Assembly (NCBI GenBank): GCA_036640375.1
Contig: JAVWGW010000001.1
Span: 1 to 38,369, forward strand
DNA length: 38,369 nucleotides
Source: Raoultibacter sp.
Lineage (GTDB): Bacteria > Actinomycetota > Coriobacteriia > Coriobacteriales > Eggerthellaceae
Direction: 5' to 3'
This document shows positions 1 to 7,801 of the stretch, piece after piece. The number at the start of each line of letters is the position of its first letter. The first letter of the stretch is position 1. The notes below the pieces were generated by a model. That model made no database searches. It had not been told where the DNA came from and saw only the letters and a program-made list of their open reading frames with translations. The position numbers and the translations under genes were made by a program.

Positions 1-842
1 GGGGCATCGAGGTCGATGTGCCGATGGAAATTGATGATGCGGATGCGGGGGGCCATGTGTCGGCTGGCACACAGACGCTCAACGGTGATCAGGCGCTCAT
101 TTTGTGTCGCGCCCGGCATGCCTACGACGAATACGGCGATGGCGATGTGTATCGTGCCGCCAACCAACGCCTGGTTATTGGGGCTATTGCGAAGAAGATT
201 CTCAGTGCCGATTTGGCCACCATGGCCAATACCGTTTCGGCATTTTCCCAGTACATGACCACCGATTTGGAAGTGACTGATGTGGTGGCGCTGGCTCAGG
301 CCTTGCGGGGGCTTGATACATCTAAAGACATTTATTCCGCCATGGAACCGACAACTTCAGAATATATCGAAGGTGACGGATGGTATGAATACTGCAACAC
401 GACCGCCTGGCAAGCGATGATGAAGCGCGTCAATGAGGGTCTGCCGCCCACGACCGAAGATGAAGTGGATACGCTTTCGGGCACAGTGTTGGCCAATACG
501 GGCGACGGCAAGGCGGGTACGGCTTCGCCTGCGGGTGGAGCGGCCGGGCCAGCAGCGGGAGCCAAAAAAACGGGCAGCGTTATCGTGAAAAATGGCAGCG
601 GAGCCGATGGTGTGGCTGCGGCCGCCGCAGCCAAGTTGACGCCCCAGGGCTACACCGTTGAAACCGGCAACGCCGATGGCTTTGACTACACGCAGACTAT
701 CGTTGTTTACAATTCCAGCAATCAAGCTAACGAAGCCAAAGAAATCGCCACAGCTTTGGGTATAGGCAAAGCGCAAGTCAACGACGGCAGCTTTGCGTTT
801 ACGGGGGATTTTTTGGTTGTGGTCGGCTCCGACTTCTTGTAA
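1..842 (+). CDS. LCP (LytR-CpsA-Psr) family cell-envelope phosphotransferase, C-terminal part; the 5' end lies outside the window
   Basis: The frame is open from the window edge (codons from nt 3: GIEVDVPMEIDDADAGGHV...). This resembles the GG-x-VDV core of LCP catalytic domains. It is followed by LILCRARH...DGDVYRAANQR, a Gly/Ala linker, and a C-terminal LytR_C-like module (VIVKNGSGADGVAAAAAAKL..GYTV..IVVYN...EIATALG). Stop at 840-842. Confidence 0.8.
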   Translation, partial: GIEVDVPMEIDDADAGGHVSAGTQTLNGDQALILCRARHAYDEYGDGDVYRAANQRLVIGAIAKKILSADLATMANTVSAFSQYMTTDLEVTDVVALAQALRGLDTSKDIYSAMEPTTSEYIEGDGWYEYCNTTAWQAMMKRVNEGLPPTTEDEVDTLSGTVLANTGDGKAGTASPAGGAAGPAAGAKKTGSVIVKNGSGADGVAAAAAAKLTPQGYTVETGNADGFDYTQTIVVYNSSNQANEAKEIATALGIGKAQVNDGSFAFTGDFLVVVGSDFL

Positions 843-978
843 CAACCTGACGGCGCGCCGTAGTACTTCGCATGCATTCTTCCTTCAGGGGCAAAATCTG
901 CAATAAAGATTACAAACTATAGCAAGTTAAGGGGTCGTGAATAATTTTGTTAGCTAGGGGACCAAACGGCACCTGGTG

Positions 979-984
979 TATAAT
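979..984 (+). promoter_or_regulatory. Candidate -10 element (TGTATAAT context) upstream of the 1043 ORF
   Basis: A perfect TATAAT lies at 979-984 with TG immediately upstream, inside an AT-rich gap after the LCP gene. No good -35 is seen. Confidence 0.3.
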
Positions 985-1042
985 GGCGTTTTGAATAGCA
1001 ACCAGGCGCTATGCCTCTGATTTATCCGAAAGCGGGAACGCA

Positions 1043-1672
1043 GTGTTTTTTCAACAGGGGGAAACAGGCCACAAGCTGTGCGCGAGGGATGCGCGTACTG
1101 CTAGTTCGCCCTACGCGCGCGGTAGTTTTGCGCGATTTGCGTTCGCCTTCCTTGTTGCGGGGGCGTGCGTATGTGCAGGCTTTTTGCCCGCTACGGCCTA
1201 TGCGGATCGCCCCCCCGAGGGCTGGGATAAGGGTGAACCTGCGCCAGTGACCCCACCTTCTGCCGATGCGGTGCCTGCGCCAGAGAGCCCAGCGGCTTCC
1301 GGATCTGCGACGGCGGGGACGGGTGTTTCGACGGCAGAAGCACAGGCGGCTGCAAGAGTTGCGGCAACAGGGGAAGTGGTGGAATTCGCCAACAAGAGTG
1401 CGGTGCATGCGGCAGAACAGTCGGGCGTTGCACAGGCGGCTGAATTGGAAGATTCCGCAAAGGATGGCCAACAAGCTTCCCAACAGCACAAACACTTAGG
1501 ACCCTGGATCGCGCTGACTGACACGCAGGCGGTTACACGCTTGGAATCAGAAATGAAAATGCGCTCGCTTCAGGCGGTGCTTCCCGGCTTTGCAATGTTG
1601 GGGGCAGCCGCCTTATGCGGTGTAGCGGCGGCATTTTGTTTGCGAAGGCGCCCCGAGCGTCCTTCGCGGTAA
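1043..1672 (+). CDS. Hypothetical exported, C-terminally anchored Ala/Glu-rich protein
   Basis: The N-terminus has a signal-peptide-like segment, FARFAFAFLVAGACVCAGFLPATAYA-D. The middle is acidic, low-complexity and Ala/Pro-rich. The C-terminus is a hydrophobic helix plus basic tail (VLPGFAMLGAAALCGVAAAFCL-RRRPERPSR). The track start is GTG, and there is no in-frame ATG before the signal peptide, so the start is uncertain. Confidence 0.5.
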   Translation: MFFQQGETGHKLCARDARTASSPYARGSFARFAFAFLVAGACVCAGFLPATAYADRPPEGWDKGEPAPVTPPSADAVPAPESPAASGSATAGTGVSTAEAQAAARVAATGEVVEFANKSAVHAAEQSGVAQAAELEDSAKDGQQASQQHKHLGPWIALTDTQAVTRLESEMKMRSLQAVLPGFAMLGAAALCGVAAAFCLRRRPERPSR

Positions 1673-1720
1673 TAAGGCGCGAAAAGATGACATATCCGAA
1701 TGGTACGGTGAGGTAAAAAT

Positions 1721-3283
1721 ATGGCTATGCTTGATTCCAACGAAACACAGGGCGCCCTATCGTTCGGCGCACTTTTGGCGGCTTCAAAAGGTGATTTCTC
1801 TGCGGCAGCCACGGACGCTTCTTCCCCCGAGGGGGAAGCGGCAGCGGATGATGCGCCGCATTCTCCTCTCGAAATTTTGCAGGGCCTTGGTCTTGCGGGT
1901 GCGGGTACACCGGCGCAAGCCCCGGCAACACAGCCTGCCCAGGAAACAAGTTCTTCATCGTCATTCAATTTGGCGGCGGCCTTGGGCTATGCTCCAAGCG
2001 AACCTGCTGCCGCAGCGCCCGCAAAAGAGCAGAAACCTGCTGAAAAGCCGCAAGAAAAACCTGCTGCGCAACAGGCAAAAGAAGAACCGGCGCATCCTGA
2101 AATAAAGGATCAGGCAAAAGCACGCGCGCACGAACAGCTGCCGCAAAGAAGTCGCTTTGCCGATATGCCGATCAAGCGTGCGGAAAAAGAGCCCTTCGAT
2201 ACGAAGAAGGGCGCAGCGGCGCAGTCAACCCCTGCTGTTGCGAAGCCGGAAGTTAAGCCCGAGGTCAAACCCGGGGTCAAACCCGAGGTCAAACCCGAGG
2301 TCAAACCCGAAGCTAAGCCGGAGGTCAAACCCGAGATCAAGCCGGAAGTTAAGCCCGAGATCAAGCCGGCGCCAAAACCTGAGCCGGCACCCGAGCCAAA
2401 ACTGAAACCGGAATCCGCTCCAGTCGTTAAGCCCAAATTGGCACCTGAACCAAAACCTGAATCGACGCCCGAGTCAAAACCAGCGTCCGAGCCTAAGCCC
2501 GAGCCCAAACCCGAGCCTAAGCCTGAATCGAAACCTGAACCCAAGCCCGAGTCCAAACCTGAGCCCAAGCCTGAACCGAAACCTGAACCCGAGCCCAAGC
2601 CGGTCTCTGAACCGAAACCCGAACCGAAGCCTGTGCTTGAGCCTGAGTTTAAGGGTGTCGTGCCTATTGTTCCCGCAGGTAAAGAGGCCGCCAGCACTCC
2701 GAAACCGTTTAAGCCCAAGCCGGCGAAGGTGCCCACCAGTCAACTGGTGCCCCTTGATGGCGGCAGCGCAAAAACTGCACATGCACCGGTGCCTGCGCCC
2801 GATAAAAAGGAAAAGAAGCCAGCAACTCCTCTGCGCTTCAAAGTGGCGGGTGCCGTTTTGTTGGCGTTGGCTTTGGTGTTGATGGGTTTTGCCGTGTACA
2901 GCTTCGTTCTTAATCCCCAGACCCTTGAGGGGGGTTCTACCACGAAGGGCGGCAGCGTTGCGGCTGATGGAACCAGCACTATGGTCTATCGCTACACCAT
3001 TAAAGGCCCCGGCGATGTCAGTTGCACGGCGGTTGAAACAGCCAAATTTGATGCGGATGAAATGCTGGTGCAAAGCAGTATTGTGACCGAGCTTCCCGAT
3101 GCCGAAAGTGCCAAGCAGTTTTTGCAGGATACCAAGACAGATTTTGGCACCGCCCTCCTCGAAGGCAAAACCGAAGGAACATCGGCGACCGTGGTGATAG
3201 ATGAGACCAGCCAGAAAATTAAAAAAGACGTCTATACCGAACTTCTGCAGAAAAACGCTGAAAACTGCGAGATTATAGAGTAG
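1721..3283 (+). CDS. Bitopic membrane protein: long disordered N-terminal region with a (K-P-E-x)n proline-rich repeat, one TM helix, and a roughly 100-aa C-terminal ecto-domain (paralog of 4002..5396)
   Basis: The ATG at 1721 is preceded by GGTGAGG. There is no N-terminal signal peptide. A basic stretch [14 protein letters not shown] comes immediately before the single TM helix [23 protein letters not shown], which predicts N-in/C-out. The C-terminal domain is [27 protein letters not shown]...[20 protein letters not shown]. Confidence 0.75.
   Translation: MAMLDSNETQGALSFGALLAASKGDFSAAATDASSPEGEAAADDAPHSPLEILQGLGLAGAGTPAQAPATQPAQETSSSSSFNLAAALGYAPSEPAAAAPAKEQKPAEKPQEKPAAQQAKEEPAHPEIKDQAKARAHEQLPQRSRFADMPIKRAEKEPFDTKKGAAAQSTPAVAKPEVKPEVKPGVKPEVKPEVKPEAKPEVKPEIKPEVKPEIKPAPKPEPAPEPKLKPESAPVVKPKLAPEPKPESTPESKPASEPKPEPKPEPKPESKPEPKPESKPEPKPEPKPEPEPKPVSEPKPEPKPVLEPEFKGVVPIVPAGKEAASTPKPFKPKPAKVPTSQLVPLDGGSAKTAHAPVPAPDKKEKKPATPLRFKVAGAVLLALALVLMGFAVYSFVLNPQTLEGGSTTKGGSVAADGTSTMVYRYTIKGPGDVSCTAVETAKFDADEMLVQSSIVTELPDAESAKQFLQDTKTDFGTALLEGKTEGTSATVVIDETSQKIKKDVYTELLQKNAENCEIIE
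2243..2647 (+). repeat. In-frame degenerate tandem repeat (12-nt K-P-E-V/I units grading into K-P-E-P/K-P-E-S units), 405 nt = 135 codons
   Basis: The DNA reads gaggtcaaaccc gaggtcaaaccc gaggtcaaaccc gaagctaagccg gaggtcaaaccc gagatcaagccg and so on. The protein reads [42 protein letters not shown]...[36 protein letters not shown]. Confidence 0.9.
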
Positions 3284-3368
3284 CCAGCGCGCCCGTTTTG
3301 CGTTGGGTGCCCGCATTCTGGGTGCTTTTGCGTCAGGGATTGCGGGCAAGCTGCATCAATGATTAAAA

Positions 3369-3400
3369 AGAACCCGCATGAGAAAATTCATGCGGGTTCT
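3369..3400. terminator. Bidirectional intrinsic terminator between convergent genes
   Basis: A perfect 13-bp stem, agaacccgcatga (3369-3381) / tcatgcgggttct (3388-3400), encloses the 6-nt loop gaaaat. It is flanked by an A-run upstream and T's downstream. It sits between the stop of 1721..3283(+) and the stop of 3438..3668(-). Confidence 0.85.
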
Positions 3401-3437
3401 TTAGCTGTTTGGCTTATGCTGCGTGTCGCAGCCTAAA

Positions 3438-3668
3438 TTATTTAGCAGCAGCAGTTTTCATGACCTGATCAGAAACTTCAAGGAATGCCGCATACACTTC
3501 AGGGGCAAGCATGACGCAGGAAATTTGGTTGTCGGTAACAAGCATTTTAACCTTGTCGTTCTTGATGCCGCGAACGAATTCTGCTTCTTTGGCTTTGCCC
3601 AAGTCATCGGAGGTGATGAGCAGTTTAGAAAGGCTGTCTAAACGAGGAAGATTAGTTTCTGGGGACAT
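3438..3668 (-). CDS. Small (76 aa) hypothetical protein in an AT-rich patch; weak resemblance to Phd/YefM-type antitoxins
   Basis: The ATG at 3668 is preceded by AGGAG with about 7-nt spacing. A canonical promoter lies upstream and the strong terminator lies downstream. The segment KVKMLVTDNQISCVMLAPEVYAAFLE resembles the ...v.itrnG.p.avl.s.e.Ye.l core of Phd/YefM. The N-terminal half fits that family poorly. Confidence 0.6.
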   Translation of the reverse strand: MSPETNLPRLDSLSKLLITSDDLGKAKEAEFVRGIKNDKVKMLVTDNQISCVMLAPEVYAAFLEVSDQVMKTAAAK

Positions 3669-3715
3669 GGAAGTACTCCTATCTCAAAGGTGACACGAAA
3701 ATGTACAATGTCTCG

Positions 3716-3744
3716 ATTATAAGCAAAGTGGCACTGGTTTTGAA
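3716..3744 (-). promoter_or_regulatory. Sigma-70-type promoter for the small gene 3438..3668
   Basis: On the minus strand the sequence reads TTCAAA (3744-3739), a 17-nt spacer, then TATAAT (3721-3716). This lies about 48 nt upstream of the ATG. Confidence 0.55.
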
Positions 3745-4001
3745 TGGAGATTTGTAAAATAGAGGTAGAGAAGCACGCTAAAGCAGCACTTCGGAGCAAA
3801 AAAGATGAAATCCGAGCTCCTAAATCGCTTTTCCGCCAAAAGGGTACACCCAAAGTTAGTGTGTAGACTGCACTTGAAGCGGCGGGCAACCCGCAAACCT
3901 GTGCGCTCGTGCCGCCCTAAGGTGTGCTTGACGTTTATTCGGCGTTGCCTGCCCACTTATCCCTACCCATCAGGGGTGCTCTTTGTTATGCTGAAAAAAC
4001 C

Positions 4002-5396
4002 ATGAATTCACGCAAGGCATATGAGGAAAAACAACTTTCGCTAAACGACCTTATGGACGCGGCGCACAGCCCTGCGGCCGAAAACCCTGCGGCCGCAAAG
4101 AAGAAATCTGCGAGCGAACCAAGTTCACTTATACCCCCCGCGCCGCAGAACGTTGTGGCTGTTGAGGTCTTGGCGACCTTGCCTGTGATTCCGGCCTTGT
4201 TTGCGCCAAGCCGCACGGAAGATGAACCGATTACCCTTCCCGAAGAGCCCTGTCGTGGTCGCCATGCTCGGACGGTGCCGCTTGAACGTGATGCCGCGGC
4301 CTTCAGAGGTAATCATGCGCAGTCTTTTCCGGGGGCGCATACGGCCTCCGAAACATCTGCGCTGCCGCCGCAGGCGGAGGCCTACCGCGCGCACAATCCT
4401 GACTTAATAAGTGAACAGCGCACTATTTTGGATCAGCAGAGGGCGCTCGATCAGCTGGTGAAATCTGTGCAGCCCGGCGATTTTGTCTCGTCAAGTGAGT
4501 TTTGTGCTAACAAGGTCGTTTTGGCTGAAATGCGTGAAACCATCCAGAAGCGCCAAAAAGATTTGATGGCGAAAGATAGCTCTGTTTACCTGGGGTCGAG
4601 CAGGCGCCTGCAAGTGCCTGCATCGCAACAAGAAAAGATGCCTGCGCAAGCGGCCGCTGCTGGTACGACGCCCCGTCAACAATCGGTGAGTACGGCCGCG
4701 CCTGCCTCCGTGGCAGCAGCTACCCCCGTCCCAACCCCCGTAAATCCGTTTGCCCCTCTTGCGGCAACCTTACAAGAAGCCCAAAAGAAACGCGATCGGC
4801 GCAAACGCCTTTTGATCATCTTCGGCGTGGCCATCGCTTTTGCTGTGCTTGTTGGCTTAGGCATTTTTGCCGGTTATCTGGTCAGCACCAGCGGCGATGA
4901 GGCTGCGCCCGAACAGACACACACTTCTACAACAAAAAACTCCTCTGATGACGGCAAAAAAGAGGGCAGCGGATCGGTATCCGGCAACAAAGGTGACACA
5001 AGGGATTCTTCTGCCACCCCTTCCACGGGCAGTGATTCCGCCGCTACCCCCGGTGTTGCGCCATCCAAAAAGGATCAATCGGGCGTGGTCGTCTACAGCT
5101 ATGAAGAAACGGATGCCGCCGGGGTCACCCATGCCGTCACCGAAACGGTCGCCTTCGATCAGGAAGGCCAGTGCACCACTTCTACCCGCGAAGCTGCCTG
5201 TGCCGATGCCGCCGCTGCCGAAGCCTACTGCGCAGCCGCGAAGCAGAGTTTTGCCGCGGCCTATCGCGAAGGCGTGGTTGAAGGATCAAAAGCCAAGGTC
5301 AAAGTGGATATCAGCAGCAAAAAACTCGACCGCGAACAATACGAAGACCTACTGCGTACAACCGTTTCAGCCTTAAGCATCGTGAAGAAATCCTAG
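4002..5396 (+). CDS. Bitopic membrane protein: disordered N-terminal region, one TM helix, Ser/Thr/Gly-rich linker, and a roughly 100-aa C-terminal ecto-domain (paralog of 1721..3283)
   Basis: The basic stretch KKRDRRKR precedes the TM helix LLIIFGVAIAFAVLVGLGIFAGYLV. The C-terminal domain VVVYSYEETDAAGVTHAVTETVAFDQEG...KKLDREQYEDLLRTTVSALSIVKKS aligns with the C-terminus of the 1721 ORF. I placed the start at ATG 4002 (MNSRKAYEEK). The track ORF begins at GTG 3924. Neither start has a strong SD, so the start is uncertain. Confidence 0.7.
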   Translation: MNSRKAYEEKQLSLNDLMDAAHSPAAENPAAAKKKSASEPSSLIPPAPQNVVAVEVLATLPVIPALFAPSRTEDEPITLPEEPCRGRHARTVPLERDAAAFRGNHAQSFPGAHTASETSALPPQAEAYRAHNPDLISEQRTILDQQRALDQLVKSVQPGDFVSSSEFCANKVVLAEMRETIQKRQKDLMAKDSSVYLGSSRRLQVPASQQEKMPAQAAAAGTTPRQQSVSTAAPASVAAATPVPTPVNPFAPLAATLQEAQKKRDRRKRLLIIFGVAIAFAVLVGLGIFAGYLVSTSGDEAAPEQTHTSTTKNSSDDGKKEGSGSVSGNKGDTRDSSATPSTGSDSAATPGVAPSKKDQSGVVVYSYEETDAAGVTHAVTETVAFDQEGQCTTSTREAACADAAAAEAYCAAAKQSFAAAYREGVVEGSKAKVKVDISSKKLDREQYEDLLRTTVSALSIVKKS

Positions 5397-5420
5397 GAAG
5401 ACCAGGGCAGGACACCCCTC

Positions 5421-5864
5421 CTATTTATGATAGGGTTCGCCGTGGCTGATTTTGTAGGCGCGATAGATTTGTTCCAGCAAAACAACGCGCGCGAGGTTGT
5501 GGGGAAGGGTGATAGGCCCAAAGCTTATGCGCTGGTGAGCAGCGGCTTTGACAGCAGCGCTTACCCCATCGCTGCCGCCGATAATGAAGGCAATGTGCGA
5601 AGTGCCGCCAAGAGCCAGGGCATCCAGCTTGGCAGAAAGCCCCAAGCTGGATGTTTCTGTGCCGTTGATATCCAACAAAATAAGCTGCGCATCGCCAGGT
5701 AAGGCAGCCAAAATGGCTGCCTCTTCCTTGGCGGGGGTGCTGTCGGGCACTTCGCGCACGGAAACTTTGGCATAGGCCTGCAGGCGTTTCAAATACTCCT
5801 CGCACGCTTCTTTCCAAAAGCGCTCCTTCAGTTTGCCTACAGCAATAACCGAAATTTTAGGCAT
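5421..5864 (-). CDS. rlmH: 23S rRNA (pseudouridine1915-N3)-methyltransferase RlmH (SPOUT family)
   Basis: The full-length 147-aa protein starts with the typical MKISVIAVGKLKE-type N-terminus (MPKISVIAVGKLKERFWKEACEEYLKRL). It also shows IAFIIGGSDGVS and SFGPITLPHNLARVVLLEQIYRAYKI..GEPYHK. Confidence 0.93.
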   Translation of the reverse strand: MPKISVIAVGKLKERFWKEACEEYLKRLQAYAKVSVREVPDSTPAKEEAAILAALPGDAQLILLDINGTETSSLGLSAKLDALALGGTSHIAFIIGGSDGVSAAVKAAAHQRISFGPITLPHNLARVVLLEQIYRAYKISHGEPYHK

Positions 5865-6252
5865 ATATCTCGGTTTCGACGACCAGTTCGGTTTTGATTT
5901 TGCCGACGAGCTTTTGCAAGGCGTCGATGGTGTGGGGGCGAATATCGCCGCCGATCAGCACATACATGATGGAATCGCCCACGTTGAGCACGCCTTCGTT
6001 GAGCCATACGCGCACGTAAAAAATGCCCGGCCACGTTTTTGCATCTTCCACAGCTTTCGCCAGTTCTTCCTTGTCGTAGGAAAAATCGACCTGCGAAACT
6101 TCGCCCAAGTTCTGCACGCCTTCGCGCACCTGCGCCTTCGGGGTTAAACGGACGACGCCATTGTGGGTCAGATACATGCCCACCTGCGCCGCTTGCGGAT
6201 CAAGCTTTGCTTCGGCCAACCAAAGATCGATGGAGGGTTCTTCAATAGCCAT
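5857..6252 (-). CDS. MoaE-like (molybdopterin synthase large-subunit fold) protein, translationally coupled to rlmH
   Basis: The 131-aa protein aligns pattern-wise with MoaE. Matching segments are GMYLTHNGVVR (the GxVR region) and VGDSIMYVLIGGDIRPHTIDALQKLVGKIKTELVVETE, compared with the MoaE ...GE.iv.V.vss.HR..AF.A....id.lK...PiWKkE region. Its stop TAA (5859-5857) overlaps the rlmH ATG (5864-5862) by 8 nt. An AGGAG lies 5 nt upstream of its own ATG. Confidence 0.55.
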   Translation of the reverse strand: MAIEEPSIDLWLAEAKLDPQAAQVGMYLTHNGVVRLTPKAQVREGVQNLGEVSQVDFSYDKEELAKAVEDAKTWPGIFYVRVWLNEGVLNVGDSIMYVLIGGDIRPHTIDALQKLVGKIKTELVVETEIYA

Positions 6253-6278
6253 GTGCGCTCCTTTGCCGGTGATTTTTA

Positions 6279-6350
6279 TTGACGAAAAACAACGTGCTTC
6301 ATTATATCCTTAATTGCGGCTAATCTAAGCTACGCGTTGCAGTGTATAAT
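6279..6350. promoter_or_regulatory. Divergent promoter region between the moaE-like/rlmH operon and lysA-hom
   Basis: On the plus strand: TTGACG (6279-6284), a 17-nt spacer, TTATAT (6302-6307), and a second perfect TATAAT at 6345-6350 with TG directly upstream. On the minus strand the same AT block reads TATAAT (6306-6301), about 50 nt upstream of the 6252 ATG. Confidence 0.4.
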
Positions 6351-6433
6351 TCCTACATTTTACGCTTGGGTCGCCCGGGGGAAAACGGGCGATGTTAGAC
6401 TGGTGGCATTCATATTAAGAAAGTTGAGGAATC

Positions 6434-7789
6434 ATGTCGTTACCCGCAGCGAACCTTTCTAAGAAGGCCGATAATCTTAGCACGATGGATTTGGGCGCCG
6501 TCTTGCCCCTTACAGCAGAAGTGAAGGGCGACCACCTGTTCATTGGTGGCGTCGATATGGTGCAGTTGGCACGCGAACAAGGCACGGCGCTTTTCGTTTA
6601 TGACGAAGCTGACCTGCGCAATCGCATGAAAACCTACGTGAGCGCCCTGGGCAAACGCTATGCGGATTCCAGCGTTATCTATGCGGGCAAGGCATTTTTG
6701 AACAAGGCAGTGGCGCGCATTGTGGCCGAAGAAGGCTTGCGCCTTGATGTTTCGGGCGGCGGGGAATTGGCCTGCGCGCGGGCGGCGGGCTTCCCGATGG
6801 ACCGCGTCGTGGTGCATGGCAACAACAAAACACCCCTTGAGCTGGAAGAAGCCATTTCTGCGGGCGTCGGGCGCATCGTGGTTGATTCGCGCATCGAACT
6901 GGCGCGCATTTCTGAAATTGCGGCGGCCAAAGGCGTGACGCAGGAAATTTTCATGCGCATCACCCCCGGCGTGGAAGCCGATACCCACGAATACATCCGC
7001 ACAGGTTGCGAAGATTCCAAATTTGGCTTCAACATGCGCAACGATTGGGCCTTCAACTGCGTGAAGGATGCCCTTGAAACCCCCCACGTTCACCTGGCGG
7101 GGCTGCATATGCACATCGGGTCGCAAATATTTGCGCTGCATTCCTTTGGCGAAGCCATCGAAGTCATGGTGCAGCTTATGGCGCGCATCAAAGAAACTTA
7201 CGGCTTCACCATCGAAGAACTGGATGTGGGCGGTGGCCTGGGCATTGCCTACACCACGGCCGACACCCCTTCCTCAATCGACGATTTTGCTGCCTGCATT
7301 TGCACAGCGGTTACCGAATATTGTGCAACTTACGGCGTGGCCCTGCCGCATCTTTTGTGCGAACCGGGGCGCAGCCTGGTGGCCAACGCGGGCGTGACGC
7401 TCTACACGGTCGGCATCCTAAAAACGCTGCCGGGTGTGCGCAAATATGTGGCGGTTGACGGCGGCATGTCCGACAACATCCGCACGGCGCTCTACCATTC
7501 CGAATACGAGCCGATTATTGCCAACAAGGCAGGTCAGCCGCGCACTGAAATCGTTACGCTGGCGGGCAAGCACTGCGAAAGCGGCGATGCGGTCGTGATC
7601 GACATGCCCATTCAGCACCCCGATTTGGACGATATTGTGTGCGTGTTTGGCACGGGGGCTTACTGTTATTCCATGGCCAGCAACTACAACGGGCAGCCGC
7701 GCCCAGCGATCGTTTTCGTGAAGGATGGCCAGGCGCGCGTTGTGACGCGTCGCGAAACATACGAAGATATTTTCCAGCGGGATAGGTAG
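6434..7789 (+). CDS. lysA: Diaminopimelate decarboxylase
   Basis: The sequence shows the PLP-dependent Orn/DAP/Arg decarboxylase fold: YAGKAFLNKAV (PLP lysine region), HGNNK, SKFGF, LHMHIGSQ, LDVGGGLGIAY, EPGRSLVANAG, GKHCESGD, GAYCYSMASNYNG. RBS GAGGAA lies upstream. Confidence 0.95.
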   Translation: MSLPAANLSKKADNLSTMDLGAVLPLTAEVKGDHLFIGGVDMVQLAREQGTALFVYDEADLRNRMKTYVSALGKRYADSSVIYAGKAFLNKAVARIVAEEGLRLDVSGGGELACARAAGFPMDRVVVHGNNKTPLELEEAISAGVGRIVVDSRIELARISEIAAAKGVTQEIFMRITPGVEADTHEYIRTGCEDSKFGFNMRNDWAFNCVKDALETPHVHLAGLHMHIGSQIFALHSFGEAIEVMVQLMARIKETYGFTIEELDVGGGLGIAYTTADTPSSIDDFAACICTAVTEYCATYGVALPHLLCEPGRSLVANAGVTLYTVGILKTLPGVRKYVAVDGGMSDNIRTALYHSEYEPIIANKAGQPRTEIVTLAGKHCESGDAVVIDMPIQHPDLDDIVCVFGTGAYCYSMASNYNGQPRPAIVFVKDGQARVVTRRETYEDIFQRDR

Positions 7790-7801
7790 GAAGGAACCAA
7801 C

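Noticed and set aside
2110-3349. Minus-strand ORFs (208 aa Gly/Ser/Leu repeat protein; 291 aa Arg/Phe/Gly repeat protein) opposite the K-P-E-x repeat
   Set aside because: Both are mirror images of the in-frame proline-rich tandem repeat. The repeat structure automatically keeps the other frames open. The plus-strand ORF has the RBS, the TM helix and a paralog-supported C-terminal domain.
6253-6433. Possible lysine riboswitch (L-box) in the lysA leader
   Set aside because: Only about 180 nt are available, and they must also hold two divergent promoters. I see just one short hairpin (tcgcccg-ggggaaaa-cgggcga, 6371-6392) and none of the multi-helix L-box organisation. An Infernal scan would be the definitive check.
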